Source: Takakia lepidozioides (Eukaryota; Plantae; Bryophyta). Taken from it: a stretch of 64,000 nucleotides of DNA. Under the pieces are notes generated by a model, which did not search any database, was not told the DNA's origin, and saw only the letters and a list, made by a program, of their open reading frames with translations. Shown in pieces: positions 1-14,700 of the stretch (positions are counted from its first letter, which is position 1; the number at the start of each line of letters is the position of its first letter). Made by a program: the position numbers and the translations under genes. The DNA lies in NCBI GenBank assembly GCA_030704615.1, contig CM060733.1, positions 33,790,001 through 33,854,000 on the forward strand. The letters are read 5' to 3'.

Positions 1-85
1 CTGAATCTATCAATAATCTAAATTGGGGTCAAGGTCCATGGTTCTAGCGCTAGCCCACAGTAAAATGTTGCCTGAAGCCTCAAAA

Positions 86-3000
86 TTAGTCTTCAATGAA
101 ACTCGTGTGGATTTTCCAGATGTGGAAACCATAACCTAATCGAACAAGAATGAGCTCAAACAGCATGTGGAAGATGCTGAAGAGTCGAACTTTGGAGCCT
201 GGAATCTCCGTCCAAGTTACAGACACTTCATGCACTGGAATGCGCAATCTCCTACAAAGATACACTAGCTCCACGTCAAAACACCACCTGCAAGTAACCC
301 CAACCCGAATCAAGGCCTGCAGTAGTGTCCTACCCCTGCATCTCTGGATTCCAGAGCACACTAGATGCCTGATGCAAAAGAAGTATAGTTTGCAGACTGC
401 GTACAGGGGAAAGACCACATTAAACACTGTGCGATAGCCCAACACTTGATTATACAGAAGGGAGCTCTTGAGCAGGAAAGCTACCTCTTCAGCCGCTGGT
501 TAAGAAACAGTTGTTGGGCGGCAGCACGAGTAAACATCTTGAAGCCACACTGTGCAAAGCACCCAGCCCCGCAAATCAGTCAGTCCTCTCCGGACATTGG
601 ATCCTTAGGAAGGCAATTTATCAGTAATTCCCAGGCTCAATGCAGCTCCTCCGGAGCCCAGGGAATTTCCATTTCAAAGGAAAAACCAGGGTGATGGATG
701 GAAATGTCCCCATTGAACTATGTAGCCTTTCAATATTGACCACTTACTATTAGGAGGTAATAACCCTAATGAGTGAAGCAGACACTAAATGTTCTGCCAT
801 CACTCTATTTCCTCCAGCTTCCTGCGGATACTGCCATTCACTGGTGACTTGAGGTTAAATTCGATTTCGAGTGGAAAACTTCTTAACAAATGGATCTAAC
901 CACAACAAGATGATTGATCTCAAGGGGTGACTATGGAAAGGTACCTGTGTGTCGCGAATCCCACCGCCAGCAACCAGAAGCACGCAGAGGTGGAAGCCCT
1001 TCATCAGCAGATTGCGATACCACTTGCGCTGCAGCAAACCACCCAAGTATGCACCAACTTATATCGCCTGCCACACCCATGCTAAGCTAGATGATTTTGC
1101 ACACCATTTACTGTTCTGAGCCCAATCCACTACAAATTAATACACGTAATGGCACACAAGGGTTCTCTGCTCTTCAGAGAAACAAATTGACATTCACAGG
1201 AGGTCTGCCTAGTCCAAGCTAGGGGAACGGGCCCAATTTGGGACATGGAGCCTCCCAAATTGCACAACATTGCAACGTGATGCTAGTGTGTGGCTGAAAA
1301 TAATGGCCTATTGTTTGGATCCTGGAAACATTTTCCTGCAAGAAACCCCGTAAAGTGTACTTTCAAACATCTCCAGAAGAGAAAGAGAGAGAGAGACAGA
1401 GAGAGCACCGTGGCCAAAGCCAGCTTTTCCAAGTGAGCTCGAGAACCAAATGCAGCTATGGCAACATCAGCCACCTGATTGTGAGGTGAGCTCTGCTTCG
1501 AGGAATCTTCTTGCTGTGCTATGTTTTGTAGAATCTGCAAACAAATTTACATGCACCACGCCCAATTTAGACTTCTAACCTTGACATCAGTGATTTTGTC
1601 TTTGGAAGGACGCACTTGCTTTTCAATTCTTCTCTTATTATATATCTCAGGTTATTAGGATAACAGATAGTGCCTTCAAGCAAAAGGCTAATTTCTGAGC
1701 ACAGCCCCAGTATGAATGGGTGAGTGATATTATCAACAGCCCTCTAGTAGATATCCACAAGGATGGTTGAGGTAATCAAACTGTCACAACCAGAATGGCA
1801 GAACAAGGTGGCCCACAAGAGTTGTAATCTAGTTGATAGCCAAAAATCTGTGCTCCCTCCTGTCGACAATGGAGTAACCTAACACAAAACACGGAGAGAA
1901 AGGTAGGTTCATTCTGAGCCACTCACTTGGGTTTCTAGTTTTTGAAGGTCAGTGATCTTGGTAGCCCCATCAGAGTCCAGCATTAACAGCAGCTGCCCAC
2001 GTGAGCACAGCATCCCCTACATCCCTCCAAACCCTTTCCAATTTGAAAGATAACCTTTGCTTTTGCAGAACTTTCTGAACCTTGAAAACTTTGGGAGCAA
2101 CAGTCAAAAAAAGGGTTGGGTCCTGCCAAACAAGCATACTCACTTCACCCCAAAGGGCTACTGCCTTCTGTTTGGAAGGTGGACACCTTCAAGGAGCAGC
2201 ACTACAATATGGGACCTCTGCATGACCACTCCAGACAATTGAAACAGACTGGCATATAGCATGAAATGTCAACCAGGAACCCCATGGTTGAGAAACCCTG
2301 AAATTTACATAAGAGCTGATCTGGCAAGACGCTTACTGCATGACTACCTTTCGAACGGCTGCCCCTTTGCCATGGTTGGCACTTTGCTTCAGAATGCGCA
2401 CCACATCCAAACCATACTTTGTCACATACTCAAAGGCAATCTTCACTGTGCTGTCTTTACTGCCGTCGTCCACAATTATAATCTTCACCACCCACCAATA
2501 AATAATCATCCCATTTAGAGTTATATCCCACCACCAAGTGCATGTGATATAATATTCTCAAAAAATTTATCAATTATGATGCTGCAGTCCCTTGTTCATC
2601 CCACATCAGACTTCGTAACTGCAAGCCCCAATCCGCTTTGACACCCCGAAATGTATGTTGATATTTGCAAGGCCATGGCAATCCAGAAACGTTAGCATCA
2701 TTCATGGAGTCATCAACCCTTGCACATTGACTTATTTGCTGGAAGACAACGGTACCTCATATGTAAATGCCTTGTCTTTCTTGGCACGCTCCTGAAGGTA
2801 ACTGCATGCATGAAAATGACACAAGAGGTGATAATCCCATCATCTCTCTAAGTGTACATCCAAATCAAACTGGGATTTTTTGTGACAAATTTCAAGATAT
2901 TGCAGAAGTGAAGCTATGGGAACATTGTGCTCGCTGAAGAAGAACCTGCAGCCATACTCCAATAAAATTGCAGCTTGGCTGCAGTGCTGTACCGATGTCA

Positions 3001-4731
3001 TGGTCCAGAAAAAAAGGCCTAGGCACCAGATCGTGCTGCGCGTGTTCCCATTGGAACCAATTGCCAAACTTGTTCCAAGTTCTCATGTGCTTTTCCAACA
3101 TTAGGTCAGGCCTAATTCCTAAGCACATGAAATGCCTGGTATATGATGGGACGTGCATATTCTCCAAGATCACAGAAACCCAGGAGACTAATATCTAGTT
3201 AGACAGTCCATAATGCAAAACGATTCCTCTTTCAATTGACATGCAGTGCCTAGCAGAGATTAGGGTAATGGCATTCATCTACTGTCCAGTTTTCAGCCTT
3301 CGGTGTAAAATTAAGCTTCCACGCAGTGGCTTAAACTAAGTCCCACCCTTGACTGTCTTATGTGTGAAGTCAATCTTACACAACTATGTGAAGTCGCATT
3401 TCCTGGAGCCACAACAAACCAAACTAATCAGCAAGTTAAGGATAGAGCCACACCTCAAAGTCTCATCAAGAGTGCTGCGGATTCTGGCCTCCTCGTTATA
3501 CGCAGGCATTATAAGCGAGAGGTATTTTCCAGTTGGTCCAAACACTGATGGAAATTGAACCTGCAATAACCCATTCCATCTGTGAACTTCACAAACAGGC
3601 CAGATTAGCTGTCAAAAGCTTGGTCACACCTGCACTGGACTAGACAATTGCTTAAGCCTTTAGAAATAAGACGTATACTAGAAGAAACACAGTGACAAGG
3701 TGGGAGAAACTCAAAAAACAGAGTGAACGGGGAGTCGGGCCATCCCTGGCCCCTTGACACACTCATGAAAATACTACATATACAATTGACATCTTAGACA
3801 GTCTTGATGATTTTCAACTTACCCTTTCAAGTGACGACGGATCCTCCAAAAATGGGAGCGCCCCTACATTGCTGAAACAAATAACAATCATGTTTCCCTC
3901 AACCACAAGCCTTTGTTGTTCCAACAATGGGCGGCACAAAGCATGCCAAGCATCAATGGAACACTTCTTTTATTTAAAACTACCAGAATTGTTTCTCTCT
4001 TTCAAATCACATAGCCAAGGAAATCTACCTGAAGCTGCTCGGAGGAACGAGGATCCACGCTTACGTGAATCATGCCTAATAGACCACCAGAGAATGCAGC
4101 TTCAAGAGATAGCTAACAATCAAATAACGCGTCGTTACCTGGCTCCTAGCTCCAGCTCATGCAACCAGTCCATCACATAGCTTAGCATCCAAATACTCGT
4201 GGCAGACACCTGCACATTGTGGCGCACGTGTAGACCTCAAATTTTAGAATCTCTGTCAGCCGCAATTCGTTCCACAATGTTAAGTAGAATTCACGATCAC
4301 AGGATAAAAACAACAGTAAGAGTGATTACGTCAACAATCGATTTCCACTAGAGGACTACTACAAACCCACACAGCCATTCCACATCATTGCTCCGTTATA
4401 GGATCTACAATCCAGCGGTTCACGCACTTTTCGAGTAAAAGTGAGTTTCCTCTGCAACTTCACATTGGAAGAGATTCCTCCGCAACTTAACACTGCCGAT
4501 GCCCATATGAAGATCGCTTGCTCTAGCACTCAAGTAGCACCCGAAGAGTGAAGAAAGACAGGAGGTTGAGAGCCCCCAACACTTTCACGTGGAAACTGTC
4601 AATCAATGCAGCAAACAAAGTGCCACAGCAAGAAACAGAACACGATGCAAAAGCTCAGAATCACACACCAGCACAAGCACTACAAGGAGCAGGGGAGGCA
4701 GATCCGCGAGCGGAGCTGGGAGGAACGCCAT
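86..4731 (-). CDS. ALG5: Dolichyl-phosphate beta-glucosyltransferase (GT2 family), 11 exons, ~345 aa
   Basis: Exons read from sequence: 4669-4731, 4139-4209, 3823-3871, 3454-3560, 2756-2801, 2348-2482, 1927-2016, 1409-1534, 945-1028, 485-549, 86-287. All introns GT-AG and in phase (1038 nt). Motifs LSLIMPAYNEE, IIVDDGSKD, NHGKGAAVRKGM, LDSDGAT, FGSRAHL, RDTQCGFKMFTR, RWCFDVELVY; N-terminal hydrophobic anchor. Confidence 0.95.
2143..2191 (-). repeat. Internal fragment of the tRNA-like SINE family (in an ALG5 intron)
   Basis: cttcaccccaaagggctactgccttc...ggtggacaccttca matches the SINE body at 37346-37386. Confidence 0.5.
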
Positions 4732-5798
4732 GGCAAGACGGGCAAGCAGCTTCACACCATCGCTAATTCAACGCCCAGCAGAGCCTTGACCCTCCTGCTT
4801 CTTCTTGTTGCCCTCTGCTTTCCGTCGACGATAACCACCCTTCGTTCAACGATCCGTCCGAGCTCCCCCAAACATTTGATCACAGGTTTTGGAGTTATCT
4901 GTCTTGTATGTTCAGTCTTCTCCTCCACTGGGATGGTCTGTAGTCTGTACTGATGCATTCTTCTTATAAGACATTCTTCTTAAGTAGTCGATGCATTTGA
5001 GAGTTGCAAGAAGATCATCTCAGACATTTTGTATACTATGCCCTCCTCAGTTGAAGCTTTGCTGCTTTCATTTTCCCTTTTGGGGAGGAGGCCAGAGGCT
5101 GAAAGATGACTACCATGATCAAACATCACACTAGTATGACATTTTGTCACTCATAGTCCACCGGCATTTTGTTCATAATACTCATCCTCATATAATGTCT
5201 CACACCCATCATCTAATTTTTCTTACCATTCTAGACAGAAAAGACGCCAGCCGAAACCAACTCAACTAAGAGCCACTTCTCTTTGGCCCTCTCTTGGCGA
5301 GCTGAGGTATTGCCCATGGTTGGCACAAAAGAATGTACAATTGATCAACTCATAAGCAATGAGCAACACTAGAAGATAAGACTTGATTTTCTCTCTTTTC
5401 TAGAGCATGACATGGCACTTGCAAGCTGTTGGAGCATACTGCAGAGTGGCACACCATGCTAAATATAAAAGTAAGCTGTGGTTACTTCCCCAAAGACCCT
5501 TTAACAGGGTGTGTCAAGGGAGGCAGGCTGTGTAACTACTATATTAATTGGAGAACTGATAACTTTGGGAAGAGCAAGGGCCAAGATTTGACGTGCTAAG
5601 AGGCTGAACCTTGTAAACCAGTCCAGCTCTTCCCTTTGCCCAGTGGGCATCAAACTCTACATTCCAGGTGGCATTAGCCTATTGTTCAGCAGGATGTAGC
5701 TGTCAGGGTTACTATTTGAAAAACAGGCTGTCATCCTTGTCACTCCCTCCTGCCGTAAGACAGTGAGCAGGAGATATGCGGCAGGAAATGGACATGAT

Positions 5799-8700
5799 TT
5801 AGTGTCTCTTCAAGCTTTCCACTGCAGCCAATAGTGTGGAGTCCCCCTCGCATGCATTCAGTAACAAGCCCACTCTTTTCCCCAGCTGTTCACTGTTAAG
5901 AGCTGCACTCTGCATGGCACCACCCTTTGTTGGTACTGGAAATGGGTACTCCAGAAGCATCGTCAGCATTCCCTACACAAATGCCACAGATTTCATCAGA
6001 CCATGTATTCTGTGGTTGAGAGAGACGACGGAAAGCAATGGAGACAGAAAGAAGGAGAAGAAGAAAAGTGTCCAGCAAAAGGCCCAGAGGCCAATGGGAG
6101 AGAATAAACAGTACAATGCCCACCAAGAGCACTAAATGTGACAGAGTGTCTCATGCAGGTAGGCTGCCAGATGGGGCGGGGGGAGAGAGATTGTACTCAT
6201 AAGACGTTGTTTGCCGTAGCCTTGTGGCCATTGACCCCGCGCCCAGTTTGAGCGGGAACAAAAGGGACAGAACCTACCTCTGTCAGGGGCTGACGTTGGT
6301 AGTAAGACTTACCTCCATATATAGAATTAATCCCGGTTTTCCAGATATCCTCTAGAAATCCCTTCACACAAGCATCAATCTGCTGTGTGTGATTTGCCCA
6401 AAAACTAGGCCTCAGGAGGGCCTGGGCTTTTGGCTCAGCCTCGAGACTTTCAAAGTTGGTAAACAGGGGTACAGGCACAATACCCTTATTAGATTTGAAG
6501 AGAGCGTCTCTTTGGTGAGAGAACCCCGGACAGTGTATCAGAAAATGAATACTGTCTTCAGATTGCCCACACAATGGGCAATTGCACTCTCCCTTTCCTC
6601 TCTGCTTCTGTTTGCTGTTCAAAGGTAGGCAGGCTTCCTGCCCTGAGTTTAAATTTCAGTCGAGTGCCGAGAGTGGGTAGACCCTTGAGGTCATCCAAGA
6701 TGTCCTCCCCCATGTCACAGACTGGAAACAAGTTCAGGGAACTTCATTTTCATCAGACAATCTCATGACATGGCTGAGGACACTACAGCCTCTAAGTCAG
6801 ATTTATCCAGCAGGGTCAAGACTTGCGGATCCAGGTCCAGGTCCTTGAGGATCTCTTCTACTCTCTTCTGCCAGGACTTAGCCTGTTTGACAGGGCGGTC
6901 CTGTTTCCAAGATATAGAGTCGATTAACTTAGGATATCTGGTGTTGGGCATATGTTGCAGCTGACCCCACCATCTGACCTTGAATTCATCTCGTCGGGAG
7001 CTTAAGGACGGAATGCCAAACTCACCCCGAACAGCCACATTGGCTGTTTTGGAGCATGCTGACATACACTCCTTAAGCACCCCCACTTGAATGGATTCTA
7101 GAGACTTAGCCTGGTTGGAGTTATCATCCCATATAGCAGATCCGTACTCCAAGGCAGGTCTAATAACGCGACAAAGCATGGTTTTCTTATCGTCAGAGTT
7201 GACCCCTCTGCAGTGGAAAAATTTAGTGAGCCCCAGAGCTTTGCCCTTGCCAGTTTGAACAACTTTCCGGATATGTGCATCCCAATTACAATTGGAGAAC
7301 TCAACGCCCAGGTAAGTGTAGGAAGGGAGGACCGGGATCTCTTGGCTACCCCACTGCCACTTAAGATCACTTCCTCCCTCTCCTCTGTCGTTGAATGCTA
7401 CCACTGCACATTTGCTGACATTAGCCTCTAGCCCCCAAAGATCAAAGTATCTCTTCGCGCAATCAATCAACTCCTGGAGATTGGTTGGAGTCTCCCCTAT
7501 GCCTGCGAAGTCATCCGCAAACATAAGGGCTGGTATGGTGGTATCACCCACCCTTAACCCAAATCCCTCACTTTCCACATCCTCGAGGAGTTGATTGATG
7601 AAAACATTGAAGAGCAGAGGGGAGAGAGTACATCCTTGAGCTACACCTTGGTCTATGTCAAAGAAGTTGGACTTCTGTCCGTTAACAGTGACACAGCTTT
7701 TGGTGTGAGCATACAAGTTGTGGACAACTCTCCACATCTTTCCCTTGATCCCACAAGACCAGAGGCGGAACCATAGGCCATCTCTCCACACTGTGTCATA
7801 AGCCTTTTTGACATCCAGGAAAAAGACATAAGTGGGTTTCCCTTCTTTTTTCCTTCCCTGGATAATCTGGCTTAGAGTGAAGATATGATCCACACAGCCC
7901 CTGTTTCGCCGAAAGCCAGCTTGGCCTTCGTGGAAACAACCTCTAGACTCCAGATCAACCTCGAGACGAGTACTTATAACTCTGCAGAATGTCTTGCCAA
8001 CAGCATTGAGGAGCGTGATGCCACGGTAGTTCCCCGGTTCTTCTCTGTCACCCTTCTTGTATAGATTGACAATGACCCCCTGTCGCCAGCGAAAGGGGAT
8101 CATTTCAGTCTTCCAGATAAGGTTAAAGAGGAGAACTAGGGCCTCTATCATGGGATCGCCACCGTGCTTGATAAGCTCGTTGACAATACCATAGGTCCAC
8201 CAGCTTTATATCCATTTAAATGTTCAATTGCTTCCACAATCTCAGAAGAACTAATGGGAGCATTATAAGCCATTGAAATATACTCCAGTTCATCAGGGCT
8301 GTTTTGAATCATAGGAACAGTTTTTCCAACTGTGTACCTCCATTCAGCAGATGACCCCTCACTGTTAGACCTAGAAGTTCTGCCAAGGATACTGTAGTGA
8401 GTTTCAAAGGTTTTGACAATGTCAACTGATGAAGTCACCACTGCACCTTTAGTAGTCTTCAGCGCTTGTACTTGCTGACCGTTTTTCGGCTTGTACAAAC
8501 GTTGAAGGGCCAACCAGAATTTCTTGTCATTACCACCATGGTGGTTTGAGTTTATTTCACTGTATAACTTGTCCCAGTATAATTTCTTCTGAGACCTAAC
8601 AAGCTGATTGATATCTTTACGGAGCTGGGGGAGAGAGAGAGAGACAGAGACATCCATTGACTTGTCCAACTGATTTTCCCATGCAGGGTTGGTCCCAGCA

Positions 8701-11700
8701 GAATAACAACCTCCTATGGCCCGTCTTCACCCACCAGGGTATGAGCGCAACCCTAAATTCCTTAGTGTCCATGCAACTACAGAGACCATTACCAGCAATA
8801 TGAAAGGTGGAGGAGATGACATACCTGCTGCTGCGATCTTCGCACAGAACTTCGAACCAGAGTTCGGGCCAACTTTTTGATCGCGAGCTTATCCCTCATA
8901 ATGTCCCCTCCTCCAAAAAGAAAGGCAGCAATGTGATGCAAGGCCAGAGAAAATGACATTGAACCTTGGGCATCTGCAGTATCGAATGCACCCGATACCC
9001 ACACAGACACGTATGCCTCCAAAATCTCGTCATTCCTCTGCAAGACCGAGTTCAAATATTATTCTTTGTAGTAAAAACCCCATAGAAGTAAGAAGAGAAG
9101 ATGCCTAAAGGGGGGATAAAAAAGAAGTACTTGCACAGACCAGTGGAGTAAACCTAAGCTATTTTTGTGATGGTCAGTATTGGCCGATGCAAGATATTGA
9201 ACTCGAGAATCTCACAACAGTAATTAACCAATGGGGGGATGGTACAAGCAAACTGGCTGCGTTTGATGTGTAGCAGCTCATGACAGCACAGGTCTGCTTT
9301 TCATGACTCCTTCGCAAGGGGTTGACACAGACCTTGTACTGTAACACTCTTTCTTGGCTGCTGTCTCGCACATAAATATATCATCGTTCAATTTGCAGGG
9401 ACAGAAAGCTTTAGCAAGCCTCCATTCCTGACCAGGCAGATTCCAAGGTGACATGTGACAATGGGAAGTTGTTTGACTATGCAGCCTTGCAACACCCATT
9501 GGAGTTGTCTGACTGAATTGGAAGGGAGAGCTGCCATCACATACTCACAACTAACCATGACACTCCACCAGACTCCTAGTTCCACAAGGAACCATACTGT
9601 ACCTCAAAAGGGTAGAGATAGCCCCATAGTCCACCATAGCACTGATCCAAAGGAGGAAGTAACTTCAGAACTTGGGCGTCAGCTAGAACACGCCATACAG
9701 GGAGCCGTACAGCATCAGGCACACCCTGCCGCAAATAAATGGCCATCTGACGAGAAAATGCTGAGTCGCCAAATGAAGCGGAACCAAAATGCTCAGCTAG
9801 ACTTTCCGCAAATGTGGAGTAGCTGCCATCAATACCACCTTCAAAATCCAGAGACCACCCACCACCATCCTGACAAGCTCTTGACACCATGCTATTTTCT
9901 AGCAGCCGCGATACGGCTGCGGCTGAGTCAGTGTCATCCTTTATTTCCTGGAGCTCAAGAGCATTCGCATTGTTGACAGCTGTGGAAGCATCAAGCAGGC
10001 ACCCATAGAACTCCTGCAAAGGTCTGATTCGATCCCTGACTTCCCCATGTAAGAACACATCACCCCCTAGAACAAATACGGTTGATAATGAGTGCACCTT
10101 TCTGTCCAACGGTAAAGTTGCAACTGAGTTGCGGAAGCTCTCTAACATTGCGTGACTCAGGGTTTCCAAACCCAAGAGCCATGAAAGCCCAGCTTTGATA
10201 ACATCTTCCATCTCCAATCTCCTTCGATCTTCACCAACATTTGCAATATCTCCAACAGCTGCTCCTTCAGATTGGCAACTAAGTGTAGAGATGTTGGTGG
10301 CCATGGGACTAAGTAGCCAATGTGATGGCAATGGCAGCCGCTGCCCTGCCCACTCTTTTACCAGACCGCTCACTCCATTAGCATGACCGACTCCCTCTTC
10401 TGACCCAGATATCTCCTCTCGCACTGTTTCAAGGGTGGAAGACCCCAGACCTGGTCTCTTCCCTTTGGACACCCCTGTTGAGCTGAGATCCTTTCTACTT
10501 TTTAGGGCTTTTTGCTGTTTGTCCCAAAGCCATATGCTCTTGTAATGCTCTAACAGAACTTTGCGCACCTCTTCAGGAACAACTATGCAATTCTTGCTGC
10601 AAATGCCAAATCCAGCACTGCCATCTTGCCCGTCACCTCCATTCAATGTAGATTCCATTCTCTTGAACAAAATTGCCAACGTGCCAGACTGCAGCAAGAC
10701 TTCAGACAATGCTCGCTCTACAAGATCAACATCCCTAGGACCAGCAGCTGCTGAGATTCCCAACCCACAGCTAATTCTCCACATAAGATCTGAGGCCATC
10801 TTCTTGCTCCTATCCACCCTTTCTCCCTCTTGTTGCACCTCGAGAGGCCGACTTTCATTGCCATGTTCTGATGGGTACCTTTCTGGTTTTGTTGGTATGA
10901 TTTCCAGCAACTCTTGGGCCAGCCGAGCACTAGCCTGGGAGAAAAGGACACCTTTTGACCAAGAACCCCCACCCATGCAGCCCCAACCTAGCCCTAAACC
11001 AGGGGCAGGCCCGCCCCTGCCGTTTGCCTCATAGGTCTGTAGAGCCGGTGAATTTGCTATCACTTCGTTCCCCACAGTGGCCAACAAGCCTGTCAACTCA
11101 TTCTCAGCGGAGACTACTAATCCACGATCCAGAATCCGGTGCCCTTCAGATTTATCCATATTAGACATTGTTGGTGGACCGTTACTCACTCTTGCGATCC
11201 GAATTGTTTTATCCACCATGCGGAGCAGTCGCACCAGAGCATGCAGGCAGCTAGTAGCTGTCAATGAAGTTTCGTCGTCTACTTTATGTCTGATCGAACA
11301 CAAGCTTTCAAAGAGCGTAGACTTCCTATCTAAGTGCACACCCTCTGTTGTACTGCGTGTGCTTACAAAGCTGAGAAATCCATTAGTGGCTAGTAGGAGG
11401 CCCAGACGAGGCACGAATGTCGGTAAAAATACCTTTTGAGAATGGTTCTTGTTCTCATCCTCCAAGAGGTTCTCTACATCCTCAACCACTGACATTCTCT
11501 CGCAAACTGTAGCAAGGAAATGGAGAACGGACGCCATCGTTCCAGCCAACTTCATCTGGCTGCCATCATTTGCGGCTTCGTTGGTAGTAACAGCTGTGTT
11601 TTCTATAAAAGCAGAGATGCGCTCAGGGGACAACCACCCAAGTGCTGTCTCAACCAAGGGAATGGCAACATTCCAGGTCCAGTGTGCATGGATAAATTCC

Positions 11701-14700
11701 TCCGTGCTACTGTCAGCAACCCTCCCCTTTTGCGGGTGCAGCCTTGGAAGAGTCCTGGCAAGCCTTTCAAGTAGACAGTAGGATTCCTGCGCTAGGCGCA
11801 ATGCGTCATCCTTATTGTTCCCAGCTATCTCCGCTAAAGACAAGGGGGAGAGCCAGAAGCAGAGGGCAGGATAGATGTCCGAAAACAGGGCGATGCCAAT
11901 CTGATGGTGTATGCAAACACGCCATAGACGGAGTGATTCGATCAATGTAACACAAATACCCTTGAAAGCTACCTGGCCAATTCTTGGATGCGATGGCAAT
12001 GGGTATCCCTGGTTATAAAGTTCATACTGTGTCACTTGCAGAGCTCCTGATTCTGCGAACCGGATGCAGTTGTCCCTACTTGCCTGCGATAAAGTCTGCA
12101 CAAAAATCATACTGTGAGTGTGTTGCAAGTATGCAAGTGCAAGACGAAGTCCTGATGTTGCAAGGGATGCTTGGCTGGATGAATGCAACAAATGAATGTG
12201 GATATGATATTTGTATGATAGTGAATAGAACATCTGCTTCAAAAATATACTGGTTCTCAAGCATGTCAACAGTGTCACTCTTATCACGCCTCTACATGCT
12301 CCTCAAGTAGGCTTTCTCTAGCACACTAAAGTTAGCTGAACAAGAATATGCTGCACCTTAATAAGTTGGATGGTCTTGGTGTTGGCAGGACGAACACCAA
12401 GATCCAAATTCTCATCCGTGAGGAGGAACCGCTGAATAATGGAATCCACGAGCCTCGGACAATTCATAACAGCCTTAGCACCAGCCGGAGAATGGTGGGC
12501 AAGTGCTTTGACTATACTCAACAATGGTTCATCTGCTGCAGACAACTGCTCCACCTGCATCAGTGCCCACACCTTTCATGTTCAAGTCCTTTGCAGATGT
12601 AAACTGTGACACAGTGGAAGAGATGGGATCTCCCAACAGATGAGAGCACTAAAGCCAGAAATATGGATTCAGCCGACTATGATGGAGGATTTGGGGCATA
12701 AGCCGAATGTTTAAATTGCAAGCAGAGCAATGCACCCTGACAAGATACCAGATTAAACAATATTAGCACTAGCTGGAAATCCACCATTTAAGGTTCACGG
12801 ATCAACCTAAAGTTCAGTTATTACTGCCACACTGTCAAGCACATTGCAGAGAAAGGAAGGGACGTACCTCAAGGATGAACCGAATCCTGGGCAGTATGCC
12901 CATGCGGATGAGACCGGCAGCAACATCTTTGCTGGCAACAGTTGCATCATCTCCAACGGTCTCTTTGCCTTCACCATCCTTTCCTTGAGAATTCACATTT
13001 GTAGCGAATGGAAACAACTCGCTGGGTTTCACATTATATTTCCAGCGACCACTTCCTATGAAGCCCTCATCTTGTTTTGTAGGTTTGCGGAAGATGGGTG
13101 CTGTGAACGCAGAGTAAGTGCCTGGCCAAAGTGCCTGTGAGACAATATCTCAAAGTAAACCAGACTGCTGGCATCAGTTTAATGCATTTTAACAAACAAT
13201 TTTTCAGAACTTCTAAACACTCTGCGTTTTCGTCACAACCCTAGAACAGTGGCTAACCTTCTACCTAGAATGAGTGATCAGAAAAGAATAACATTCCAAT
13301 CGGCGAAGATTTAAGATAGAGCTACAATTCATCTGTCCCACTCAGTCTGAAATGTCACACACACGCGGTTAGCCTACAGAAGTCATGAGCTACCAGCAAC
13401 AAGTATACCCTCCACTATCCAGAACTGAGGCAACTTCTGCAACAGAACTTTTCGGGAATGGTGTCATGTGGGTGACCTCGTGGAGATCAAAAATGCCTTG
13501 GTTGGCGGAACAGCTTAGAAGTGCATAAAGCGCCTTAGAACATGCAGCCACCACGGTCGCATGAGTGTCATCCAAAGCGAGTCTGTAAACGTAGAATTCA
13601 CCCAGTACATGACTTCAAAATCCGGGAAACAACAAGACTGGAAGTTGGAGGAACTGAATATCAAAATTTCATGGTCATTTATGTTCCACAACCCATCTTG
13701 AGAAGAAGGAATTACAAGTAGGAAAATATCAGAAATGCACCTGAGAGTTAAAGGTAACTCTGGCTCGGGACCCAGTGCATATGCCCACACTGCTTGCCAA
13801 TCCACATCCTCGCCTTTTACAATTGATGATGAGGATGGATAGGACAGCTCCTGGGTTTGGAGGCCCAACATAGCCCTGTCAAGCACTGCTGCTATTAGCT
13901 GTAAAGCCACTGCTCTATGGCCTGGAACCTGCAGCACAGGCAGACCTTGTCCATTGTCAGTCTGATAACAGACATCTACTCAACTAAATCAAAGTCATAT
14001 GAAAAGACCACAAATAACATGAAATAGAGTTCACATACCGTGCTACGAACAAGAGCAGTTGCTTCCTTCAAACTATAGCCTGCTGCAGCAGGATCCCCCT
14101 CTGAGCGCAGGTAGTCACGTTCCACACTGCTTAATATTTGAGGGTTGGAAGTCCCATCTGCCAAACCCAACCGATAGTTTGTGTTACTCCTAGGCAGAGG
14201 GCATCATAGTCCCCTACAAGTTGAGGAGACAAAATTGGCAACAAGACTCTGAAACCACTTCAATTGGAAGCAAACAGAGAGAAAAGGACATGTGACAGCT
14301 GCCGTTGCACAGGATCATTACTAGTTTGTCAGCAAATTGCTTTCGAGTGCATAGCAAACAACATCTTTTGACCTGGAAAAATGCTTTGACAAGCATAGCG
14401 GTACAGCACGTATTCAAGGCAAATCCTCAAAACTATATCCCCGTAAAATAAGACACCAACGAGCTCACTGAATAGAGAGATACCAGGGGTAATTGCTTCC
14501 CCTGCCTTTTCAAAAGTCACAACGTTGCCCTCCAGATCAAATCTGTACAGCCTCACACCCTCCACTCTCTCGGTCCATGTCTTGACCATGTCAGAGCCCA
14601 CAACAGTCTGTTCTTTCTTCTTGCGTTTAGGCTCGTCTCCCCTTCCTGAATCACCCTCCTTTGTAGCCTGCTCTTGTGTTCCAGATCCCTGACTCGTTTT

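Noticed and set aside
5896-6132. 79-codon hydrophobic ORF as a separate membrane-protein gene
   Set aside because: It is the pyrimidine-rich intron end plus an out-of-frame overlap with the real last IYO exon.
9455-12602. Plus-strand ORFs overlapping IYO
   Set aside because: Antisense shadows of long coding exons with no independent motifs or splice structure.
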